A DNA stretch of 32,000 nt from Fibrobacter succinogenes subsp. succinogenes S85 (lineage in GTDB: Bacteria > Fibrobacterota > Fibrobacteria > Fibrobacterales > Fibrobacteraceae). Below are positions 25,114 to 32,000 of this stretch, piece by piece. The notes beneath the pieces are model-generated. The model was not told the origin of the DNA. It saw nothing but the letters and a program-made list of their open reading frames with translations, and did no database searches. A program made the position numbers and the translations under genes. How positions within the stretch are numbered: position 1 is the first letter of the stretch; the number at the start of each line of letters is the position of its first letter. The DNA lies in assembly GCF_000146505.1 (NCBI RefSeq), contig NC_017448.1:1650001-1682000 (forward strand). Direction: 5' to 3'.

Positions 25114-27894
25114 CTATTTAAAGAGAGCTGAAACTTCACTGACGCTTTCCGGCAGAATCACTCGCGTGGGGCTAGTCTCGCCGTCACTCCAACCTACAAA
25201 AGTACTTCCCATAAGAAGCTCCGCGCTAAGCACCACCGGGAATCCCGTAAAGAAATTCACAGTCATTTCAGGCTCATCAACGGGGAGGTTATGCACAAGA
25301 ATCTTACCAGGGCCATTTACAGACAAGGTTACAGGAGCCTTTTTACCGAGTGCAAAAAAATCCTGCAATTCGTCGTAAATAACACCCGGGCGGTCCATCG
25401 CAAAATTTTTGATGGCGTTAAGCTGTTTTGTCATTTTCGAAGCACTCAGCCCCCAGCGTTTTTGATCGCGAGGAATTTCCGACTGGATTTCTGCCATCAT
25501 CTTCTCGATGCGTGCAAGCACTCGCGAACTTTCAAAATTCATCTGCAAGAGCACCGCCATCCGATTGATAAACGCGGCCTTGAAGCCTTCGTTTTCAAGC
25601 AATCTTCGGAGCAATAATGTGAATTCAGGCCCGTTTGGCCAAGAATCCCCATCTTCTGCCGTAGCAAATTCAAATATGTTATTCGTATATTTGCTATAAT
25701 CATTCCCAAAACCAAAATCAAGATCATACAGGAACCATTTCCACGGAGTTTTGGGGCTTGAACTACGCCACTTTTTGAGATTATTTGCGGGCCAGTCACG
25801 GTTATTTGCAAAAAGCTCCGTATGCATGTAATTGATGAAATTATCGACATCTATTTGCGATGCGATATAAGCATAATTTTCTTCGTCATCCAAATTATTT
25901 GATTCCAGCCAATCCGTCAACGCCACGTAATCAACAGTCGAGCCCGCCGACACGGCATTATCCGCCTTGAGCAAATCTATTTTATCCGGATCAAGTCCGT
26001 AATGCGTTTCAAAATAGTCTGCCGTCGAGCGTTCACGAATGCTGTGGATACCGAAATATTCGCCGTTATAATACACGACTGCAAATCGCCCGCGCTGGTA
26101 ATCAACGCCGAGTCCTTCGCTCACGGAACTTGCCAAGCGGTCGCGAATGTAGTCGTTTCCGCAATTGCTCCCATTATTGCGCAACAGGAACACCTTGAAC
26201 TTGTTCAGCTCCGGGAAATCAGGGAACAGCGGATACTTCAGGTGAGAATCACCATACTTTTCACGGAACGTAATCGCCACCGACTTCTTGTCTTTTTGCC
26301 TGCTGTAATTGCCAAAAATCTTGAGTCCTGCATTCTTCGCAAATGCAGGCGCATCCGTCCCTGGTTCCATCAATTCCACCGTCACGGGGATTTCCTTGTC
26401 AAGCCAGTAATTGGCGCCGTAATGAGGTTCCTTGCTCTGCGCATACGGGCCTTCCACATAAATACCTGTATCCGGGTCAAAAAGCGAATTCGGGTCGGCA
26501 GCAAGGAACACCGCAGGCACAGCAGGCGCACTTTCGAAAACGTAAGTGCGAGTCACCACATTGCTCGGGAGGCTTTGCGGAGCGATTTTTGCACAACGTA
26601 TTACCGTCGTCTTGTTGATTAAAATACTCTTCTGAAATACAGTCTCTTCCGAAGGCAATTTGCCACCTGTTTCGCACACGGCATTATTCGTACTTTCAAG
26701 ATTTAGAACAAAAGGTTCTGTATAAAATCCCGAAGGTGGGAACAGCAAGGTGTCAATATTTTCTTCTCGAGTATAAGCTAGCGTATTTTCCGTATAACCA
26801 TACGGCGAAGGGTCTGCGTAGCCCCAGCCATTTGCATAGCTCCAAGTTTTCCCTAGAGGCAATTCCGGGTAAGATACAGAATCCACAATCGCCGTATCAG
26901 CATTCACCAAGTAAAGCGAGCCGCCTTTTTTCGAAAGCTTGAAACCCGCATGCGGTTCATGGCCGCGATTGCGAGCAATGTAGCTGAAAACCTTAAGAGT
27001 CACTTCTTGCGATTCATTCGCATCGGGGCTAAACCGCGTCCCGTAAATATTCGCCAAATCAGGGAAAGTCGTTCCCGTAGGGAGAGCCATGCGGTAAACC
27101 GTTGAAGAATCCCCCGTCCCTTCAAGGACCATTTCGTAACCTTTCCAGTCATCAATATCAGGCTGTGCCAAGCGCACAGAAACTTTGCGGCCCTTTGTAA
27201 TGTACGCCTGCATCAAGATTTCATTGGCAGCCGAAATATCTAGCACATCCGAGGGGTCGGTGCTCCCCGTCCCAACGAAAAGCGAAATGGACGCCCATCC
27301 AAGTTCCTCGTTTTCACCCAATTGCATCACCGAGCCAATGCGGCGCTTTCCATTTTCGCTAAAGCAATTTTTCTTGTATCCCGGTAACGGATCGGCATAG
27401 CTGTAACCCGGCGGATCGCTTTCTGCATCCGTCCATGTCCAGCAACCAGGCCCAATCATATCAATAGAATCATGCGGCATCACGTAATCGGGATAGTTCT
27501 TCCCCGACAAGAAAATGACCAAAAACGAGCTCGGCGCAATTTTCACATTGCCAAGTTTCCACTTGAAAGGTTCATCTTGCGAGTCCGTCAAGTACATTCC
27601 AGACAAATTCACCGTATCTGCAGACGTATTGAAAAGTTCTACCCAGCCCGCGTCATCGCCTTCGTGATCCTTGTAATCAATGTTAACCGGGTCGACCTCC
27701 GTGAAAATCACAGGGCCACCCGCAAAAGGGAGGTTCGCGCCATCTGCATGACCATTTGCAGAAGAACTACTCCCCGAATCAAAATTCAGCGAACTTGGAT
27801 TATCGTCTGAGCACGATGACAAAAACAGTGCAACAAAAAGAAGAGGAGCAAAAGTCCTACAGATCTGAGACGAAAGATTATTCCAACACACCAT
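25114..27894 (-). CDS. Lipoprotein with lamin-tail domain (LTD) + CotH-type atypical kinase domain + C-terminal beta-repeat
   Basis: Lipobox LFLSS|C (Cys28). LTD-like segment VIFTEVDPVN...GWVELFNTSADTVNLSGMYLTDS. CotH core: FGNYSRQKDKKSVAITF, LLRNNGSNCGNDYIRDRLA, RFAVVYYNGEYFGIHSIRER, NLKKWR, WFLYDLDFGFG. Length 926 aa. Confidence 0.85.
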   Translation of the reverse strand: MVCWNNLSSQICRTFAPLLFVALFLSSCSDDNPSSLNFDSGSSSSANGHADGANLPFAGGPVIFTEVDPVNIDYKDHEGDDAGWVELFNTSADTVNLSGMYLTDSQDEPFKWKLGNVKIAPSSFLVIFLSGKNYPDYVMPHDSIDMIGPGCWTWTDAESDPPGYSYADPLPGYKKNCFSENGKRRIGSVMQLGENEELGWASISLFVGTGSTDPSDVLDISAANEILMQAYITKGRKVSVRLAQPDIDDWKGYEMVLEGTGDSSTVYRMALPTGTTFPDLANIYGTRFSPDANESQEVTLKVFSYIARNRGHEPHAGFKLSKKGGSLYLVNADTAIVDSVSYPELPLGKTWSYANGWGYADPSPYGYTENTLAYTREENIDTLLFPPSGFYTEPFVLNLESTNNAVCETGGKLPSEETVFQKSILINKTTVIRCAKIAPQSLPSNVVTRTYVFESAPAVPAVFLAADPNSLFDPDTGIYVEGPYAQSKEPHYGANYWLDKEIPVTVELMEPGTDAPAFAKNAGLKIFGNYSRQKDKKSVAITFREKYGDSHLKYPLFPDFPELNKFKVFLLRNNGSNCGNDYIRDRLASSVSEGLGVDYQRGRFAVVYYNGEYFGIHSIRERSTADYFETHYGLDPDKIDLLKADNAVSAGSTVDYVALTDWLESNNLDDEENYAYIASQIDVDNFINYMHTELFANNRDWPANNLKKWRSSSPKTPWKWFLYDLDFGFGNDYSKYTNNIFEFATAEDGDSWPNGPEFTLLLRRLLENEGFKAAFINRMAVLLQMNFESSRVLARIEKMMAEIQSEIPRDQKRWGLSASKMTKQLNAIKNFAMDRPGVIYDELQDFFALGKKAPVTLSVNGPGKILVHNLPVDEPEMTVNFFTGFPVVLSAELLMGSTFVGWSDGETSPTRVILPESVSEVSALFK

Positions 27895-27956
27895 AATGTG
27901 GAATATATATTATGCTTGAGTCTTCGGAATGCCAGGCTCGGAATATAAGAAAAAAA

Positions 27957-28820
27957 CTACTTCTTATTTTCAAGTTCCGAATTATTGACTTTCTTTCGGC
28001 GCGGTCTACGAACGATAAAAAGGCATGCGCCAATCAGCACGAGAGTCACCGAAATCACCTTGCCCATCGGGAACGCTTCGTAAAAAACGAGAGCCCCCGC
28101 AAGCGTAGGTACTGCGGCACCGACCGCCGCACTGAACGGGATGATGAACAGCGCACGTCCACGCGAGAACGACACCTGCGAATACAAAAAGGCAATGCCG
28201 TATGTCGCCACATAGCCAAGCGTTCTAAAGTCCATGAGCAAATTTGCCACTGACGAGAACTCGATATGGTCCAAATCAAAATCCATTGCGAGACTCTTGT
28301 AGAATGCCGCCGAGAGTCCAAAGCCAACCCCCATAATGAGCGAATCCACCATTTCGCGGTCTTTCACCCAGAGGTGCGCAATAAGCGTTGCAAAGCAAAG
28401 CCCGCCCGCATAAAGCCAAAGCGTTCCAATATTCTGCACGGCAGTCGATTCACCGAGATTCTCGACGGAATACAAAAGGCCTGCCACGACAAAGCAAATG
28501 GCCACCACAATGCGCTTGGTCAGGACTTCCTTGAGGATGCAAAATCCCATGAGTGCCGTCAGCACCGGATTCAGGACCATCATCGGTTGCACTTGCGAAA
28601 GGTCATACCGCGCCATCGCAATGTAATAGCCGACAGTCGCAAGCCCAGAGCATGCAATGCCAAGCCACCAAAATTTATTAGTGATAACGCCCTTGAAAAA
28701 TTCCCAAGGCCTAGAAGTTCCGCCTGTGCGCTTGCCAACAGTGGACACCCCGGACTTTTCCAGGATGTTTCCACAGGCAAATAAAAACGCAGGACCGATT
28801 GTAAGAAGAAGAAAGAGCAT
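27957..28820 (-). CDS. EamA/DMT-superfamily membrane transporter
   Basis: 287 aa and about 10 hydrophobic segments in two halves, with no soluble domain. The size and topology pattern fit EamA-type permeases. Substrate unknown. Confidence 0.65.
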   Translation of the reverse strand: MLFLLLTIGPAFLFACGNILEKSGVSTVGKRTGGTSRPWEFFKGVITNKFWWLGIACSGLATVGYYIAMARYDLSQVQPMMVLNPVLTALMGFCILKEVLTKRIVVAICFVVAGLLYSVENLGESTAVQNIGTLWLYAGGLCFATLIAHLWVKDREMVDSLIMGVGFGLSAAFYKSLAMDFDLDHIEFSSVANLLMDFRTLGYVATYGIAFLYSQVSFSRGRALFIIPFSAAVGAAVPTLAGALVFYEAFPMGKVISVTLVLIGACLFIVRRPRRKKVNNSELENKK

Positions 28821-28865
28821 GCTGTAATTCAGAATTAGGAATTCGGATTTCAGAAGTACTTATAA

Positions 28866-31169
28866 TTAATTCTTACTTCCTACTTTCGAATTATCATAAA
28901 TTTCTTTGTAGATCCAGTAATTTCCCATGACGCGCTTGACGTAGTCGCGGGTTTCCCAGTAGCTGATTTCCTCAACACGCAAATCCCACGGGAGGCCATC
29001 GCTTTCGGACTGCCAGCGTCTCGTCGGCTTCGGTTCCGCATTGTAATTGCAAAGCACGTACATGTAGTCGTTCTTGTATTCGTCCTTGAGGTCCACCAAA
29101 TAGCGGATACCCAGGCGGATATTCATGTAGGCATTGTACAGGCGCTTCGGATTAAAGCCCGAAATTTCTTCCTTGTCAGCAAGCATCTTGCCCGTCGCAG
29201 GCATAATCTGCAAAAGGCCGCAGGCGCCCGCGGGCGATGTAATCTGGAAATCGAAAATAGATTCCTGACGCATCACGCTATACACAAAGAACGGATCGAT
29301 ACTCGTACCCGAGTGGTAAACAACCGGGTCTGCATACGGAACCGGGAACAAGTAATGCAACACGTCAATCGGCGGTGCCAAGAACAAGCGCCTATCCATC
29401 TTCGCCTGGAACTGGCGAGCAAGCCTGTAACCGGCAGCTGTTTCGCCCATTTCATAGAACAGCTTTCCGTATTCGTACAAGAAATCCATTCGCTTGAAAT
29501 TCTTCTTCTTGATTTCGTCATAGAGCCTAAACGCCTCTTCTTCAAAGCCGTACAGGAAAAGCTTCTTGATGCGTTCGTAACGTTCCTTGCTGTACGAGGC
29601 ATCCGGCTTTCCGAGCTTGTTCACAGAACGGATCCAGTCCATCGTCGCCGCATGGGACATCGCCACGCCATGAGCATACGGAATCTTGTCTTCCGGCAGC
29701 AAGCGTTTTTCCAAAAGCTTGGTGCGGCTGCGATGAGCATAGTACGAAAGCGGGAAATCCTTGATGCAATCAAGATACGCTTCACGTGCCAAGGAATCCT
29801 CCCCCATCTTCATGTACGTATCGCCAAGGAACATTCTAGAGGCGCTTCCACTCCAGAGGAACGGATCCTTTGTCGCATCGCGGAAGTATGCAGCCGCTTC
29901 AACCCACATGCCACGCTTGAAATAGCAGTAGCCAATGCGGAATCTCGCCCACTGGCGTTTCAGATTGCTTTTGAATCGCTTATGGATGAGTTTCTTGTAG
30001 CAGTCAATCGCTTTGTCGTACATGAGCTTCTGCTCAAATTCAAAACCGCGCAGCCAGAGGTTGTTGGCATTTTCGGTGCTGAACTGGCTCACATCCTGCA
30101 AAAGCGAATCATACATGTGGATTTCTTCGTCAAACAGCCCTGCCGCTTCCTTGCGGTAAAGCTTGAGGATAGCCTGAATCCACGACGGGCGCGGTTCCAC
30201 ATTTTCAATCAGATTGCGATACTGTTCAATAGCATCTTCATTGCGGTTCAGCGAACGGAGCGCTGCCGCACGTTTTTCCCACAGGACAATTCGCGTATTC
30301 AAGTCAAGCGTACTCTTTTTCAAACGAGCATAAGCCGGGTCATCGAGCACCACAACCGAAGCGGGATTCTTCTGGGCCTGCTGGGCATCCATAATCTGGA
30401 TGGAATCAAGCAATTCAAGGCAGCTCTTCATCTCGTCCTTCGTGCAAGCCATCTTCGCATAGGCGACTTTTTCGGCAAGCGATTCCGGAGTGCCAAAGAC
30501 TTCCCTCAGGCGGCGTACAGAAGCATAAGCAGAATCCTTGTACGATGTACGGCTCGTCAAAAGCTTCATGTACATGCGCTTAGCCTGCCTGAGCTGGTAA
30601 GAATCTTCCAAATAGCGGGCATAGCGGTACTTCAACGGGTCCACATCATCGCCGTCCGGGTTACCATTCAGATAGACCATCAGCGAATCCGCACGAGCAA
30701 CATCGTTCAGCGAATAATCCGCCATCGCAGCCTCGATTCTCAGGCGGTCAGCCGCATCGCGCCAGGCCCTGTCATTTTCCAGGCTCTTTTCCAGGCGAAG
30801 CGTCTCGCGCATCTTCGCAAACTGTTCCTGCTTAAAATTCGCCTTTGCCATGCGAAGGATTACCGTTCCCTGCAATTCAGGTTCACGCTTGCGCAAGGAA
30901 TTGTAAGCGGCATAGGCGCTATCCCACTGGCCACTGTAATAGTAATAGGCGGCGCGAGCAAAATCACGATGGTTCTGCGAAACTGCAATATCGTTCATTG
31001 TCTTCTTCGCACGGGCGGCACGGATTACGGCATCCTGGAACTGGTCCGGAGCAATCATTTCCTGTTCCGCAAACGGAGACTTGTACGTGGAATATACAGA
31101 GCCATCCACCTGAGCATACAAGGCGGCTGTGCAAGCAAACAATAAAGAATAAAATAATTTCATCGCCAA
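28866..31169 (-). CDS. slt: Soluble lytic murein transglycosylase (Slt70-like: helical-repeat N-domain + SLT catalytic domain)
   Basis: Signal peptide MAMKLFYSLLFACTAALYA|Q, then ~550 aa of TPR/superhelical repeats. The C-terminal SLT motifs are VMRQESIFD (catalytic Glu), SPAGACGLLQIMPATG and CNYNAEP. Confidence 0.85.
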   Translation of the reverse strand: MAMKLFYSLLFACTAALYAQVDGSVYSTYKSPFAEQEMIAPDQFQDAVIRAARAKKTMNDIAVSQNHRDFARAAYYYYSGQWDSAYAAYNSLRKREPELQGTVILRMAKANFKQEQFAKMRETLRLEKSLENDRAWRDAADRLRIEAAMADYSLNDVARADSLMVYLNGNPDGDDVDPLKYRYARYLEDSYQLRQAKRMYMKLLTSRTSYKDSAYASVRRLREVFGTPESLAEKVAYAKMACTKDEMKSCLELLDSIQIMDAQQAQKNPASVVVLDDPAYARLKKSTLDLNTRIVLWEKRAAALRSLNRNEDAIEQYRNLIENVEPRPSWIQAILKLYRKEAAGLFDEEIHMYDSLLQDVSQFSTENANNLWLRGFEFEQKLMYDKAIDCYKKLIHKRFKSNLKRQWARFRIGYCYFKRGMWVEAAAYFRDATKDPFLWSGSASRMFLGDTYMKMGEDSLAREAYLDCIKDFPLSYYAHRSRTKLLEKRLLPEDKIPYAHGVAMSHAATMDWIRSVNKLGKPDASYSKERYERIKKLFLYGFEEEAFRLYDEIKKKNFKRMDFLYEYGKLFYEMGETAAGYRLARQFQAKMDRRLFLAPPIDVLHYLFPVPYADPVVYHSGTSIDPFFVYSVMRQESIFDFQITSPAGACGLLQIMPATGKMLADKEEISGFNPKRLYNAYMNIRLGIRYLVDLKDEYKNDYMYVLCNYNAEPKPTRRWQSESDGLPWDLRVEEISYWETRDYVKRVMGNYWIYKEIYDNSKVGSKN

Positions 31170-31180
31170 ACCAACTGTTT

Positions 31181-32000
31181 TTATTTTTCGACCTGTCCCA
31201 CAAATCCAGATATACCAAGTTCCATGATGGTTTGAGCATACTTTTTATGCAAAAACTCATTTACACTCTCGGCATCATCCATTTGCAAGACAGTCAAAGC
31301 AGCATCACGAACGTCTTCAAAGTTGATAGAACGGATAATCTTCTTCGTGGTCATTACGCTCCACGGAGTCATCGAAAGTTCATCAACACCAAGTCCAACC
31401 AGCAAAAGCACGCTCATCGGGTCCGTACACATTTCACCGCAAACAGCCACCGGAATTCCTTCACGGTGCGCAGCGACCACAGTCTGGTAAATCATGCTGA
31501 GCACGGCCGGATGGTGCGGCTGGAACATGTCGGTAATAAGTTCGTTCGTACGGTCAACGGCAAGCGTAAACTGTATCAAGTCGTTTGTACCCAGGCTAAA
31601 GAAATCCACTTCCTTAGCAAGTTTATCCACAATCATCACTGCAGCAGGGACTTCAATCATCGAGCCGATCTTAACGACCGGGAGCTTATGCCCTTCATCC
31701 TCAAGCTGCTTGCGGGCTTTCGCAATGCAAGCCTTAGCACGGCGAAGCTCCGTCATGCTAGAAATCATCGGGAGCAAAATGCGCAAGTTGCCCTTCGTAT
31801 TTGCAAGCAACAGCGCACGCAGCTGCGTGATGAAAATATCTTCGCGGTCAAGGCACACGCGGATAGAACGCCAACCCATAAACGGGTTCGATTCGTTCAC
31901 CGCAGAGACTCCCGAAACAAGCTTATCACCCCCCGCATCAAGCGTACGGATGACAACCGGATACGGGTCCATCTTCTCGAGAATATGCCTGTAAGCGCTC
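31181..32000 (-). CDS. ptsI: Phosphoenolpyruvate-protein phosphotransferase (PTS Enzyme I), C-terminal PEP-utilising TIM-barrel domain; N-terminus beyond the window end
   Basis: VIRTLDAGGDK, NPFMGWRSIRVCL, LRILLPMISSMTELRRAK, IGSMIEVPAA, FFSLGTNDLIQFTLAVDRTN, VAVCGEMCTDP. The reading frame stays open upstream of Met 31972 to position 32000 (...SAYRHILEKMDPYP), so the gene is truncated by the window. Confidence 0.85.
   Translation of the reverse strand, partial: SAYRHILEKMDPYPVVIRTLDAGGDKLVSGVSAVNESNPFMGWRSIRVCLDREDIFITQLRALLLANTKGNLRILLPMISSMTELRRAKACIAKARKQLEDEGHKLPVVKIGSMIEVPAAVMIVDKLAKEVDFFSLGTNDLIQFTLAVDRTNELITDMFQPHHPAVLSMIYQTVVAAHREGIPVAVCGEMCTDPMSVLLLVGLGVDELSMTPWSVMTTKKIIRSINFEDVRDAALTVLQMDDAESVNEFLHKKYAQTIMELGISGFVGQVEK

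Noticed and set aside
27923-27943. Direct repeat TCGGAAT-N7-TCGGAAT upstream of the CotH gene, with a related TTCGGA in the 28821-28865 spacer
   Set aside because: A 7-mer repeat in a ~60-bp spacer is expected by chance at roughly the 10% level. It has no dyad symmetry and no third supporting copy, so it is not strong enough to call an operator.
29313-31145. 610-aa + strand ORF antisense to the Slt-like gene
   Set aside because: Shadow ORF. It is R/I/H/F-rich with no recognisable domain, whereas the - strand product has a signal peptide, helical repeats and SLT motifs.
31181-32000. Possible functional link between PtsI (a PEP-utilising enzyme) and the PEP mutase pathway
   Set aside because: The two are separated by >10 kb and by unrelated envelope genes (slt, eamA, cotH). 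PtsI is a housekeeping PTS component, so a shared substrate is not evidence of coupling.
1-32000. Search for CRISPR arrays, tRNA/rRNA genes, IS elements, integrases and long tandem or inverted repeats
   Set aside because: No non-coding stretch longer than ~90 bp exists, and no repeat-spacer periodicity was seen. No ORF shows transposase or integrase motifs, even at the compositional boundaries near 5115 and 14600.

Overview
Densely coding 32-kb window with 27 CDS. I found no rRNA or tRNA genes, CRISPR arrays or recognisable mobile-element genes, and every intergenic gap is about 90 bp or less. All genes are on the - strand except one (wzc-like BY-kinase, 3022-5118). The core (5115-25026) is a large Wzx/Wzy-type surface-polysaccharide locus built from four modules. 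(i) A CDP-alditol / polyol-phosphate (teichoic-acid-like) module: IspD-like cytidylyltransferase, extended SDR, TagF-like phosphotransferase and an exported GDPD. (ii) GT32-like and GT2 glycosyltransferases, a Wzy-like polymerase, a Wzx flippase and LicD. (iii) A phosphonate module: cytidylyltransferase-fused PEP mutase carrying the EDK-X5-NS signature, then phosphonopyruvate decarboxylase. These are followed not by the usual 2-AEP aminotransferase but by a metallophosphoesterase, an SDR, a LicC-like nucleotidyltransferase and a saccharopine-dehydrogenase-like oxidoreductase. (iv) A galactofuranose/uronic-acid module: DUF4422, SDR, glf and ugd. The flanks hold a DUF21/CNNM membrane protein (partial), an SppA with an unusual N-terminal beta-rich domain, an LTD-CotH lipoprotein, an EamA transporter, an Slt-type lytic transglycosylase and PtsI (partial). 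Composition is mosaic: 5115-14592 is clearly more AT-rich than the phosphonate block and the flanks. The best candidate for new biology is the transaminase-less phosphonate tailoring cassette (14631-20739, plus licD). Lipobox lipoprotein, Slt70-like enzyme and OM-type domain point to a diderm host. The gene content is reminiscent of Fibrobacter-like genomes, but taxonomy cannot be established from the sequence alone. All family calls rest on motif recognition by eye; no database search was run.
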